From Octopus vulgaris (taxonomy: Eukaryota): DNA of 64,000 nt. Below the pieces are notes generated by a model. The model was not told the DNA's origin, did not search any database, and was given only the letters and a program-made list of their open reading frames with translations. Shown here piece by piece: positions 25,966 to 39,445 of this stretch. Position 1 is the first letter of the stretch. Each line of letters opens with the position of its first letter. The position numbers were made by a program, and so were the translations under genes. The stretch spans positions 28,892,001 to 28,956,000 of the forward strand of contig OX597842.1 in assembly GCA_951406725.2 (NCBI GenBank). Reading direction: 5' to 3'.

Positions 25966-26803
25966 CTGGAAAAGATAAAAAACAAACCAATAATAATAAT
26001 AATAATAATAATCCTTTCTACTAAAGGCAGAAGGTCTGAAATTTTGTGAGAAGTGTTTCACTGTTGCATAATTTATTGAGTTTGGTTGATTCTGAACTGA
26101 GAACATCTTGAAGGGTGGAATATTGCAAAGCATTTGGTCCAATGTGCTAATTATTCTGCCAGCTTGCAGCCTTAATAATAGTGATACTACTACTACTACT
26201 ACTACAAATAATAATAATAATCCTCTCTAGTGGAAGCACAAGGCCTCAAATTTGGGGGAAGAGACCAAGTCAATTACATCGACCCTAGTGAATAACTGGT
26301 ACTTATTTAATTGACCCCGAAAGGATGAAAGGCAAAGTCAACCTTGGCAGAATTTGAACTCAGAACGTACTGGCAGATGACATACTGCTAAGCATTTTGT
26401 CCAGTGTGCTAATGATTCTGCCATCTCACCACCTTAATAATAATGATAATAATAATAATAATATTAATAATAATAAGGCTCAATTTGTTCATCTGTCACA
26501 CAATATCTGGTTTGGTTTCCGACTCCCGGCTTTTCCTCTCCGTGCCACTGATGTTGTCCAAAGACAAAGGCCAATACAACTTGGCACCAGTGATGTCACA
26601 ACTCATTTCTGCAGCCGAATGAACTGGAGCAAACAGAAACAAAGAGCACAACACACAGCCCAGTCCAGGAATTGAACTCATTACCGCATATTGTGAGCCT
26701 GATGCTCTAACCGCTGAACCATGTGCCTTCACATCACTTTAGGTTTGGATTCTCAAACTGAGTAAAATAACAAGATGATCCAATGAGGGACTTATTTAAA
26801 GAA

Positions 26804-26907
26804 TCACCTGAGGAGGTGCATTTTACACCTTGGATGGGTGATGATGATTACACAACACCTCACCAACGTAATGCAGGTGTAGAAATGTGTTGAAACAATT
26901 GTAGTGA
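26804..26907 (+). ncRNA. Type-I hammerhead ribozyme motif with long stem II (Penelope pLTR-like)
   Basis: TCAC-CTGAGGA-[GGTGCATTTTACACCT...AGGTGTAGAAATGTGTT]-GAAA-C-AATT-G-TA-GTGA. Stem I is TCAC/GTGA, the core is intact, the cleavage triplet is GUA, and AATAAA lies just downstream. Confidence 0.7.
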
Positions 26908-28237
26908 CTTTAAATAAAAAATATTCATTCCATTTCCAATCATTTACCTGTACTTACATATATGTCTGTACAGAGACACACACACACACACACACACAGA
27001 GTCCAAAACATAGACACACTAATGGAATAGAGAAGACTGTGGGTGGAGGGAGGTGGTGGTGATTGTGAGACTGATGATGGTGATGATGATGTTAATAATG
27101 GTGGTGGTGACAATGATGATGATGATGATGATATTGGTCATGGTGGTGATGGTGATGATGATGCCACTACAAAACAGCTGCAAAATGTCTGAAGACAATG
27201 ACGGGGGGGGGGGGGGGGCTCCACCCCACCCACACCCATTTCCTCCCACCACCACCACTGCCACAACAATGACAACTAAGATTCCAGCCTTGGCAACCAC
27301 TAGTTGCCATGGCAACAGATAAAGCAGCAGTGACAGAGAACAGCAGCAACAATACGCAGTCAGTGTGTCTGTGTGTTCATGTGTGTGTGTGCGTGCGTGT
27401 CTATATAACTCTGTCTGTGTGTTCTGTTTATGAGATGACGTGTTTGCTGTGTAAAGATGAGGAGGAAGGGTGGAATGCAAAGACAGAAGAGGCTGCCGTA
27501 ACAACAACAACAACAATTATGATGTCATCGAACCGTCGAGAAAACTTCTTTTATGTGGTCAATCAGTTTGCTAGAAATAAGAGTCACAGCATATTCACAA
27601 ACCTCACTCTTGAATTTTGATGACAAGGAAAAGCACATTAGATAATGTAGTCCTGGATACACTATGACTGGATAAAAGACAGGGTAGTCACAGATGGGAC
27701 ATCTTTCATCCTAGGTCTATCTGGATCAGGACTGACCTAGGGTTAAACAACAACAACAATTATAGCTACTAACACTAACTATTATACTATACATTAGATA
27801 ATGTAGTCCTAGATACACTGTGACAGAGTAAATGATAGGATGGTTACATAAGTCTGTCTGGATCAGGACAGACCTCCTGGAGCAAACCCCCTTTGGTCAT
27901 AAATCACCATGGGGTTGCACTGAGAGAGTTCCCTCCAAGGCACAAGTGCAGGCAAGGTTGTTTATGGAAGACCAGCAGTCACCCATGCATACCAGCCTCC
28001 CCTCTGTGCCACCGATGCTATCCAAGGGAAAAACAAAGGCTGATACAGCTTGGCACCAGAGACATTGCAATTCATTTCTACAGCTGAGGGAACTGGAGCA
28101 ACGTGAAACAAAAAAGTGTCTTGCTGAAGAACACAACACAGCCCGGTCTGGTAATCGAACCCACTGTTTCATGAGAGTGAGCCCAGTGCTCTAACCACTG
28201 AGCCATGCAGCACAATAGTCACCTCCTTTCGTTTTTA

Positions 28238-28471
28238 TTAACCCTTTTCAGCATTCAGATTATTCTGTCAAATGTAAAATGTCTATTTATTCCCATTGTT
28301 TTGAATTAATCCTGGATTATCTCATAGCTTTCAGATTTTGATGATGTGATTGTTTAGTTTTAGAATGGCATTTTAGGGTAGGTGTGAGAGGTGGGATCTG
28401 GCCAGTTTGATCATAAAACAGGAAGAATATTTGGGTCCTGGCTAAGGCTGGTTTACATGCTGAAGGGTTAA
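28238..28471. mobile_element. piggyBac-type MITE
   Basis: TTAA-CCCTTTTCAGCAT...ATGCTGAAGGG-TTAA, i.e. a TTAA target duplication with CCC/GGG termini. Confidence 0.7.
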
Positions 28472-29621
28472 ACTGCCACCACATGTCATACCATCACCCA
28501 ACAGGGGGGGGGGGCATCATGTTTGCCAGAGTACTCAATATGGTCCTTAATAAAGGGGGCAATGGAGAGAGTACATGTTCAAACTGTCACACTACATCCC
28601 ATACAATAAACCATTATATGTTAGAGTACACAGTGTGACCCTTAACCAAGTGATGATGATGGTGGTGTGAAGACCAGCTTGCCCTTGAGTGTTTATGCAA
28701 ACTAATCCCTAATGCTGCAGGGCTTATCTTCCTGCCTGCACAGAGTCTCAGCAAGCTAAGACAGGTGCAGTGACCAGGAAGCTGTAGGTTTTACATTGCA
28801 GTGACCTTCTGGGTGGACTGCATTGCAGGGCCAAAGAACTCCGTCTACCCTGGAGTTGCCAGAAGGGTGTCAAAGAGGAAACAGGACAACTTGAGGGACT
28901 TTGCTCCTTGGTTTGCTATCAAAGTTGACTCCCTGAGCCTTTTCTTTTCCCAAGGCTCTCACGGGGCAGTTAGGGTTTGTGCTTGGAATCCCTTCCATAA
29001 CATGCTAGTTAACCTGTAGCTGGGGCCCTGAGAGGCAGGTGTTATTATTCTGGGTAAGAGGTGACCTGGGAACAAGAGTGGCTAAGGGATGGTTCCACAC
29101 TCTGCAAAACTCTGGGTCTCACAAACCAGAACACCACAACTTGATGCAGTTTAACATCATATGTAGGACCTTAACCAGGTGAAGATATGCTACATGGCTG
29201 GAACGACAGCTGTATGGGTCACCCTAAATTGTTTCACCAGCCATCCACTGTCTACATGTAGCAGACCAAAGCAATAACACCAAATCCCGAACCCTCTTTT
29301 AGGTCATAAACCACAGGACAGTCCCACATCACTCCACCAAATCTACAGACAACCTCATACGCAGATGATACTACATGCAACCAACCATCACAGACAGAAG
29401 ATAGAAAAACTAGGGTTGCACAAAACGCTTCCACAACATTCACAACAAACACATCTAAGTGCAGGTGTGGCTGTGTGATAAGAAGTTTGCTTCTCAACCA
29501 CATGGTTCCAGGTTCAGTCCCACTGCATGGCACCTTGGACAAGTGTCTTCTACTATAGCCCCAGGTTGACCAAAACCTTCTGAGTGAATTTGGTAGATGG
29601 AAACAGAAAGAAGCCCGTCAT

Positions 29622-30060
29622 GTCTGCATATGGTTCTTGGTCTCAAGCATTTGTTTTATGAAGAAAGGCTGAAGACGCTCGACCTTTATTCTCCAGAAAA
29701 ACGACGATGCCGTGGTGATCTCATTCTCGCTCACAACATCATAAGCGGAAAGTGTAACCTCTCAAAAGAGCTGTTCTTCACTCCTGCTCCAGAGCGTCGG
29801 CTGCGGGGGTCATTCCGAAAAGCTCTATCTGTGACGATTTCATCTCAATTGAAGGAGAGGGGCTTTCTCCGTCCGGGTTGCAGATCCATGGAATAAGCTG
29901 CCGGACGAGATGGTGAAGATGCCGACGACTGCTCGGTTCAAAGTCTCCCTTGACCACAAGTGGCCTGAACTCTTTACATGAACACCACCCTGTACATAAC
30001 TCCATGTTCCCCTACATGGCCTTGCTTTTTGCTTTTTGAGCCAAAAAATTAACTTAACTT
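29622..30060 (+). mobile_element. CR1-clade LINE 3' fragment
   Basis: Near-identical to the 11735-12170 element on the opposite strand. Confidence 0.9.
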
Positions 30061-31149
30061 ATCTGCAATATAATATGTGACAATTATTTGGTTTTTCACA
30101 AGCTGTATGAGCTTTAAAGGAAAAATAGAGACAACCCATCCCCCAGATCATCACATATCATATTACAGATAAATTCCCCTATTTACATAATATCAAGGTC
30201 TCATATATTCTTTTGTTATCATACCATTAATATATATATGTGTGTATATGTGTTTCTTCCATCCCACCATTGCTTAGAAACTGAAGTTGGTTTGTTTACG
30301 TCCCCGTAACTTAGTGGTTCGGCAGAAGATATTGATAGGATAAGTACCAGGCTTACAAAGAATGAGTCCAGGGGTTAATTTCTTCAACCAAAAGGTGGTG
30401 CTACAGCATGGCCGCACAAGCCACAGTCACATGACTGAAACATGTAGAACAATAAAAAAAACTATGCCAATTTAATCCCAAGCAAGACTGGATATCTCTG
30501 CTGGTATATATATATATAATATATATAATATATATATATAATATATATATATAATATATAATAATAATAATATATACAGGAGTGGCTGTGTGGTAAGTAG
30601 CTTGTTTACCAACCACATGGTTCCGGGTTCTACTATAGCCTGTGTGTGTTTGTCTCTGTCACCCGCTTCACAACTGGTGTTGGTGTGTTTACATCCCAGT
30701 GACTTAAAAGTTTGGTAAAAGAAACCAATAAAATAACAGGTTTAAAAAACAAAAAGAGTATTTGGGAGGAGGGAGTCAATTTCACTAAAATTCCCCAGGG
30801 TAGTGCCCCAGCATGGCCACATACACATGACTGAAATGAGTAAAAGGAATCACAGGTAGTATATTCATCAATTAGAAGAGCTACTTTACTGACTGACCAT
30901 TCAACCATGAAACAGACACTACTGGTTTCCATGGTACCAGTATAATATAATAATAATAATAATAATGAAATTATTGTATACATTGCTCAGGTGCACCACA
31001 ACTTATCAAAAAGTGCGTATAAAGTATATGCAGTAATGTACAAATATCTGGAAAGCGAACAGTGTGTGAGTCAGATAGATGCTTGCGTGTGTATGGAGGG
31101 GAGAAAAATCAGGTGTAGCAGATCTCATCTGCCTGTGATGAGATCCCTG

Positions 31150-31560
31150 ACTTGACTACAACAGAAAAACTATTCTTATTCTAAATCATATACTTTACAT
31201 TGCAGTGGCGCCCAGTTCTAGTATTTGTGCAACTCACAATACCAAAGTTTGGGACAAGTCCTTCCAGATGTATATTATGGCATATCTTTTTCACCTAAGC
31301 TCTAAGGAATAGTCTTAATCTCTTGAGTCTTTCCCAATAGCTTATATACTGCATAGAGGCTTTGTGTAGCTTCATTGGATTGCCTCAAGTTCTGAAATTT
31401 GCTGAGTTTGGGTTCATTTCATCTATAGCCCTTATCACATCGTCTTCCTTTATATTGATGCAATCGATCATCACTGCCTCTGTTTTTATATCTGCAGTGA
31501 TAAAAAAGTCAGTTGGATTGCTGACTTGCAAGCGTCCTAGTAGGTGGAGTGAAAATACTC
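31150..31560 (-). mobile_element. Old LINE remnant (CR1/L2-like)
   Basis: The minus strand gives INIKEDDVIRAIDEM and ISYWERLKR...IIYIWK-like pieces with stops and frameshifts. Confidence 0.45.
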
Positions 31561-32849
31561 AATAGGAACTCAATAGGAGCTGGCTTAACCCCTGCTGGGT
31601 GAATGCTGTTACAAGACAAGAGAAGAAAACAGTAGAATATGGAACCTGGTGCAGCCCCTGTCTTTGCCAGTTCATGTCAAGCTGTCCAACCCATGTCAGC
31701 AAGGAAAACAGGTGTTAAGCATTGATGATGATGATGATGGATTCCTAATAATGTTTAATTATAGAAACAACAGGATTTTATAAAACACCAAATGGATGTA
31801 GAATTTCAGTAGAGCTAAATAGGAATTAAAAAGGTCCACATTTAAAAAACAGCGAGGAACCACATTTGTATCATCTTTGCACCTTCATATGCACCTTGTA
31901 CTTTCCTCTTTTCCAGATGGACAACCATGGATTCACCTCTTCAGCAAAGCATTTCACTCTGCTCCTCTTCCATCATCCGTCAATATTATAACCCATTGAG
32001 TCAAGGAGTCATTGTTTTTCAAGTTACTTGATGACCTCACCTGTGCTGGTACCCACCAAAAAAAAAGTACCCAGCACACTCTGTGAGGTGGCTGGGATTA
32101 GGAAGAGCACCTGTGTAGAAACAGTAAGACACCAGTTCCTACCTCTCTGTCACATTCAAACCTTTCATCATCTGACACAAAAACCCCCTCTTCCAAGACC
32201 CACTCCCCTCTCAAAGATTTGACCCTGCCAGTGCTGGTGCCTCGTTAAAAATAATCAAGTCCACACAGTAAAGTGGTTTCTGTTTGGAAGGGTTTTGAGC
32301 TGTAAAAACCTTGCCAAAAAAACTGACCTTACCTGTGCTTGTGCCACATAAAAAGCACTCGGTCCACTCTGAGGAGTGGTTGATGTTAGGAAGGGCACAC
32401 AGGCGTAAAACCCTGCCAAAAGAAACATAGTAGCATGGGATAGCTTTCTGCCAGGCCAGCTCCTGTCAAACCGTCCAACCCATGCCAGCATGGAAGGCAG
32501 ACATTAAAATGATGATGACGATGATTCTGGTGTGGAAACCTTGCCAAAGCAGATATTGGATCTTGGCACAGCTGCCTAGCCTGTCAGTTCATCTGGAACC
32601 ATCCAACCCAGGTCATCAGGAGAAAAAGGAACGTTAAATGATGATGCTGCACAAATACAATTAAATGAATTACAGGTACTGCATTTGATTAAGAGAGAAA
32701 CAACTAGAAAGAGATGGTGCCAGTCTGACTCAAGACCCCCATTATCTGCTCTACCAACCACAACAAACTTCAAAGGCCACAACTACACACAATACCCCGC
32801 TGTACAGACAATCTACCCTGAACCCAAAATACTTAGGTACAAGGCCTGA

Positions 32850-33331
32850 AATTTTAGTGGGCAGGGGTTAGTTGATTAACTCAACCCCAGTACTTGCCAG
32901 GGACTTATTTTATCAACCCAGAAAGGATGAAAGGCAAAGTTGACCTCGGCAGAATTTGAACTCACAACGTAACGGCAGACAAAATACCTATTTCTTTACT
33001 GCCCACAAGGGGCTAAACACAGAGGGGACAAACAAGGACAGACAAACGGATTAAATCGATTATATCGACACCAGTGCATAACTGGTACTTATCTAATCGA
33101 CCCCAAAAAAATAGAAAGGCAAAGTCGACCTCGATGGAATTTGAACTCAGAACGTAGCGGCAGATGAAATACCTATTTCTTTACTACCCATAAGGGGCTA
33201 AACACAGGGAGGACAGACAAACGGATTAAGTCGATTATATCGACCCCAGTGCGTAACTGGTACTTATTTAATCGACCCCACAAGGATAGAAAGGCAAAGT
33301 TGACCTCGGCTGAATTTGAACTCAGAACGTA
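32850..33331 (-). mobile_element. Tandem trimer of a second tRNA-like SINE (family C); related copies at about 23340, 26230, 46150, 46910, 47220 and 58630
   Basis: A unit of about 180 bp containing gttctgagttcaaattccgccgaggtcgactttgcctttc (B-box-like GAGTTCAAATTC) is repeated three times. Confidence 0.7.
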
Positions 33332-34642
33332 ACGATTCTCAGGATGACTCATTCTTGCCAACTGAGTGGACTGGAGGAACAAGAAATGAAGTGTCTTGCT
33401 CAAGAAGACAATGCCTTCCCTGGTCCAGGAATCAAAACCGCAATCTTATGATCATTAATCCAACACTCTAACCACTAAGCTATGCACCTCCACACCAACC
33501 AATGTTGGTGTGTTTACATCCCCATAACTTAGCAGTTTGCCAAACGCGACCAATTTAATATGTAACAGGCTTTAGAAAATAAATACTGGAGGCAATTGAT
33601 GCAGGTAAAAAACAAAATTTCCATCAAGGTGGTGCTCCAGTATGGCCGTAGTCAAGTGACTAAAACACAAAACAGTGCACCAGGATGTCATCGCTGCATC
33701 ACAAAGTGTGTGGCATGGATGGATTTAAGAGAGCAGAGAGAGTGCAGGATGTGGAAACTGTAACACTGCACCACCAACGACCCCCATCCATGCATTAGTG
33801 TCTGCAGGGGTACGGAAATAGACTGGTCAGTCGGTCAATAGAGGAAACTGCAATACGTCCAGGCAATTAGCTGCAACACATGAATCGTTACTGCATCTTG
33901 GATTGTGCACGGCTTCTGCAGGAGCAGAGAGACAGTTGAGAGAGTGCAACGCATCTGGAGCATGATGCTGCACCGTGAACAAGTCATCGCTGCATTGCTA
34001 AGTGTGCAGTATGGTCCTCGGTTAGGTGCACGCAGGGTGTGGCTGGGGGGGTTGGGGGGAAAGAGGTGTGACTTGTGCCCCCATAAGAGGGGACTCACTG
34101 CTCCATCAGACCCTGGCCTGGGGTTAAACAACGAGAACAACAACAGTCAAATGTAAACTAGGGAACACACTGGGATGTTAGCAGACATTGATTTCTTTAC
34201 ATAGATGTGGGGGGGAAAGGGGGTGTATGCGTGCGTGTATATATATATATATACACACATAAATATATGTATATATACATATATACACAAACACACACAC
34301 ACACATATATACATGTGTATGTGTGTATATACATGCATATATGAGTGTGCGTGTGCGTGTGTGTGTGTGTATATATATATATGTGTGTGTGTGTGTGTAT
34401 GTCGGCCCGGGGCTATAGTAGAAGACACTTGCCCAAGATGTCACGCAGTGGGACTGAACCCAGAACCATGTGGCTGGTAAACAAGCTACTTACCACACAG
34501 CCACTCCTGCGCCTATATATATATACATACACACATACATGTGTGTGATAAAGAACATTAAATTTTCTAAATTTATTTCTCCATACCAAAAAGAACTTTC
34601 TAGAAACGTTTACCATAATATACACAAATATATAAACACACC

Positions 34643-34689
<47 letters not shown>

Positions 34690-35573
34690 GACCGTCTTTA
34701 GTGACAAATGACCATGGCATTGCACCTAGAAAGTTACCCTCCCAGGCACAAGTGCAGGCAAGGTTGTTTATGGAAGGCCACCAGTCACCCATGCATACCG
34801 GCCTCCCCTCCTTTCCACACCACCGATGTTATCCGAGGGAAAGGCAAAGGGTCCGATACAGCTTGGCACCAGAGACATCACAATTCACTTCTACAGCTGA
34901 GTGAACTGGAGCAACGTGAAATAAAGTGTCTTGCTCAAGAGCACAACACGCAGCCCGGTCTGGGATTCGAACTCACTACCTCACTGTCGTAAATTCGACG
35001 CTCTAACCACTGAGCCATGCGCCTTCACACACACACACACATTTCATTTTGGGATTTGGTTTGCAAGATTCTTGATGTGGGTTCGTGTGTTGAAGCATTT
35101 TTCTGTTGTGTCTGGGGAGGGTCGTTCTCTTTTTGTGCCTCGTAATCTAACAGACTCACTCGTAAGATTTCCATTTATTCCAGGAAGATTTTAGGAAAAA
35201 TAAAAATAAGTAGAAATTTTACCGGTGAGTCTGTTAGATTACAAGAAAGAAAAAGAAAACGTCTCTCCCCAGACACAACAGAATATATATATATATCCCC
35301 TCTCTCTCTCTTTCGGAGAGGCACTGAGCAGCTATACACACACAGCAGTAACTTCCACCTACCGAATCCAAAAACAAAGCTCCGGTCAGCTCAGGGCTAT
35401 AGTGGAATACACCTACCTAAAGTGCCACGCAGTGGGACTGAACCCGAAACCATGTAGCTAGGAAGCAAGCTCCCTAACCACACAGCCATGCCCACGCCTA
35501 CATATATATGTATATATACATATATACTTTGAGTTTCGCGTTGCCGTTCGTCGGACAGTTTTTGGTAGAAAAA

Positions 35574-35611
35574 CTGTCCGATGAATGGCAACGGGAAACT
35601 CCGAGTAACAG
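35574..35611 (+). ncRNA. Hammerhead-like motif, second family (variant core CCGATGA)
   Basis: CTGT-CCGATGA-ATGGCAACGG-GAAA-CTCCGAG-TA-ACAG, with stem I CTGT/ACAG. A related copy lies at 44522-44559 and an inverted copy at 35525-35558. Confidence 0.45.
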
Positions 35612-35715
35612 GTTTTGTGGAATTTTCTGCTGCTTTAAATAAAGCATATTACTCTACCACTGGTATTTGAGTACTCTTTTTTCCACCTTGTTTCACATTT
35701 ATGTGTTTACTCCGG

Positions 35716-35746
<31 letters not shown>

Positions 35747-36203
35747 GGAATTTAGAAAAAAACAAGACTAAGACAGGTGTATACACAACAAACAGGTGAA
35801 TTAATTTAACGCTTGGGAAGGTGAGAAAGTCTGCTACGTTTCGAGACTACGCTTACAACACACACACGCATATATATATATACGCAGACATATATGTACA
35901 TGTGTGTGTATACATATACACACATGGATACTCAAATCTTTACACATACGTGTAGATGTAGACACACACACATGCATATATCAACCCCTCTCTCTCTCTT
36001 TATATATATATACACACACACACATATATAGACAGACAGACAGATATAGACATATAGATATGTGTATATATATACAAGTATGTGTGTGTGTGTACGTATG
36101 TATAAGTGATGGTTGTGGCAGGAATATGTGATCACAGAAGCACCTGATGTGAACCTGCTCAGGGTTAAATAGCAACAAGAAATTGATGTTTATGGAAGAG
36201 AGA

Positions 36204-37050
36204 AGCAGAGGTTGTGGTGATGATGTCAATACAATCCTTTCAGTGGTGATGGTCACAGGTAAATCCAAACAGAACTCTATTACAGTATAGCAGTGGTAAC
36301 AGTAGCGGTGTGTTGGTAGTGGTGTTGGTGCTAGTACAATGTGGTGACTGCAGACAACACAACAGCTATACTATGTACTAAGCTACACCGTTTATGGAAC
36401 AGAGAAACATCACGCTGGCACATCAACCACAACACAACCATCACATCAACTACAACCACCTACATACTACCACACAAACCACCACACTTTCACACTACCC
36501 CTCATACTACCACACAAACCACCACACTTTCACACTACCCCTCATACTACCACACAAACCACCACACTTTCACACTACCCCTCATACTACCACACAAACA
36601 CCAGCAGCAACAATACTTACAGAAAACCAGGTTCAACATATCGCAGTTAAGGTTACGGAATCGAGTGGTCCTTTCTATGGAGTGGTGGTCACAGCTGGAC
36701 TGTCCACACTGTAGAAGTAGTAGTAGTGGTAGTAGTAATGTTGTCCGTTTTATGGAAGGATGGTCACAGATGGGTCGTCCACACTGCAGCAGCTACTGTA
36801 GTAGCAGTAGTGGTAATGACAGTATGTGCTGCAGCAAAGCAGAGGTGATAGTAGCAGTGGTTGTGGTGATGATGTCAATACAATCCTTTCAGTGGTGATG
36901 GTCACAGGTAAATCCACACAGAACTCTGTTACAGTATGAGTCGCAGTATAGCAGTGGTAACAGTAGCGGTGTGTTTGTAGTGGTGTTGGTGCTAGTACAA
37001 TGTGGTGACTGCAGACACAACAGCTATACTATGTACTAAGCTACACCGTT
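36204..37050. repeat. Direct duplication of about 190 bp (36204-36392 / 36838-37050) flanking three 40-bp tandem units
   Basis: The shared block gttgtggtgatgatgtcaatacaatcctttcagtgg...ctaagctacaccgtt appears twice. The 40-bp units start at 36463, 36503 and 36543. Confidence 0.85.
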
Positions 37051-38010
37051 GTTTTTTTTAATCCTGAAGTAGTAGCAGCGAAGGTATTGGCGGGAGTAGT
37101 GTAGTGTCGGTAGTGGTACTAGTATAGGCGGTAGTAGTGGTGTTTCTAGAGAGGTGGTTAGTCACAGAGCGCGAATGTGTGGGTGGGACAGAAACAATAC
37201 AGTGGGGGTTGTAGTAGCAGTAGAAATGTTGGTATGGGTAGTAGCAGAAGCGGTAGTGGTGTTAGTAACGGCTTCGGAGGTAGTAGCGGTGGTGGTGGGG
37301 TAGTGTTGGTGGTGAAACATGAAAGCTACGACACAGTGTGTGGGATGTAGTAGAGGGTAGTAAGTTTAAAGTGGTTAGTTCCGGTGTAGCAGTATACGTT
37401 GTAGTATACCAACAGCTGCAGTGTAGTAGTAGTAGTAGTAGTAGTAGTAGTATATGGTGTGCCTTAATGAATTACAGTTGTAGTTTGTGCTATAGTACTC
37501 GTGGTAGTAGGTGTTATAGTGTATGCTGTAGCAGGGTATGTGTGATTGTGGCGGTGGTATTTGTCAAGTGTTGTAGAGGTGGTAGTAGTAGTAGATGATG
37601 TAGTACAGCTGTAGTAGTCGTGTTTACGTTGGTATAAGCGCCAGTACTGGTGGTGGTTGTCACGCAGACATTGATACTGCAGCGTAAGCAGACGGTTGTT
37701 ATTCTATTTACGATCAAAAGCGGTTCCAAAAGCGACCATCCCAAAGAGGAGAGGACGACGGAGATATCCTTCGTTTCTTTCTTGGTTTTTGGCTGCTACT
37801 TCTAGCAGGCGCAACCGACCACGTAATAAGTAGTAGGAGGAGGAAGGGGAGGCAGAGGGAATAACTGGAGGGGGAGAGGGAAGTCTGCTACCACCTCTGT
37901 GATACAATAGTAGTAGTAGGAGGAGGAGTAGTAGTAGTAATCATGGTAGTGAGACGAGGATTAGAAAGGCTTTCCAGCCATGACCACCTTCTCTGGAGTT
38001 TTTTGTTGAT

Positions 38011-38047
<37 letters not shown>

Positions 38048-39174
38048 TTTCAGACAATGAGGCAATAAAACGGGAGACTTAGCTGCTATTTCCAGCAGCC
38101 CGGAAACAGCCTACACTTTCTCTAGTCTAGTAGTAGTAGTATAGTAATGTTTAACCCCAAGTCAGGCCTGGCTGAGCAGGACTACGATCACAGCACTTTC
38201 CAAACGTGACCAGCCGCTTCTTTCTTCACCCTCGGGCACTGTCTACCTCGGCGGCGGCTGTGGTAAGGTGGGTGGAAGCCGTAGGGGAGATTCGGCTGCT
38301 GTTTCTAGCAGATCGAGCCACATGTACACAGTCTCGTTCAGTGCAGTGGTGGTAGTAGTAATAGTAGAGGTAACAATAGTGGTAGGAGTAGTAGTAGTGG
38401 TGATGGTGCCATTGATGGTAGTAGTAATAGTAGAGGTAACAATAGTGGTAGGAGTAGTAGTAGTGGTGATGGTGCCATTGATGGTAGTAGTAATAGTAGA
38501 CAACAACAGTGGCTTTGCAGAGGTGGTAGTAGTAGTAGTAGAGAAAAATAATAGTGGTAGGAGTAGCAATAGTGATGTACGGTGGTAATAGTAATAGTAG
38601 AGGCAGAAAGAGTGGTAGGAGGAGCTGTCTTCATATATTTAAGATGTCAGACATATCTGTTGTGTCTCACTGAGAGGGGGGAGGAGGAGGAGGAGAGACT
38701 GACTGCTGGAGGTTGCGGTGGTGGTGGTGGTGGTGGTGGCGAAAGGTGAAGTAGTCGTAGAAGGAGAGGAGGAATAGCGGTAAGAGTGAGGGTTGAGGCA
38801 CGGCTACGATGGCGGTAATGTAAATGATGCTGATGATGATGTTAGCGTCTGTGAGGAAGGAGGGGGGAAGGGTGGTAGTAGACTGATAGAAGTAACAGTA
38901 GTGGTGGTGGTGGTGGTGGTATTTATACATGGAATACGATGCTGACGTTTTAGATGATGATGATGATGATGGTGGCGGTGGTGGTGGTGGTGGCGGTGGT
39001 GACGATTACGACGACGATGATGACGATGATGGTGGCGATGGTGGTGGTGGCGACGATGATGATGGTGGGGGCGGTGGAAGCTTTTTTTTTGTTTTTGTTT
39101 TACGACGTGGAACATTCTGGAAAAGAATTAAAGAGGGAAAAAAACTGATATTTTTGATGATGATGATGACGTAG

Positions 39175-39445
39175 TAGTAGTAGTAGTAGCAGCGGTGGTG
39201 GCAGTAACAGTCGTGGTGGTGGCAGTGGTAGTAGCAGTGGTGGTGGTGGTGGTGGTGGTAGTGATGGTGGTGGTAGTGGTGGTGGTAGTAGTGGTGGTAG
39301 TGGTGGTAGTGGTGGTGGTGGTGGTAGTAGTGGTGGTGGTGGTGGTGGTAGTGGTGGTGGTAGTGGTGGTGGTAGTAGTGGTGGTAGTGGTGGTAGCAGT
39401 GGTGGTAGTGGTAGCAGTGGTAGTGGTGGTGGTAGTGGTGGTGGT
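39175..39445. repeat. (GTG/GTA)n low-complexity tract
   Basis: Seen directly; part of a wider G/T-rich simple-repeat zone at 37000-39530. Confidence 0.95.

Noticed and set aside
35825-35860. Minus-strand ...ctcGAAACGTAgcagac hammerhead half
   Set aside because: The CUGANGA core is missing; at most this is a truncated pLTR remnant.
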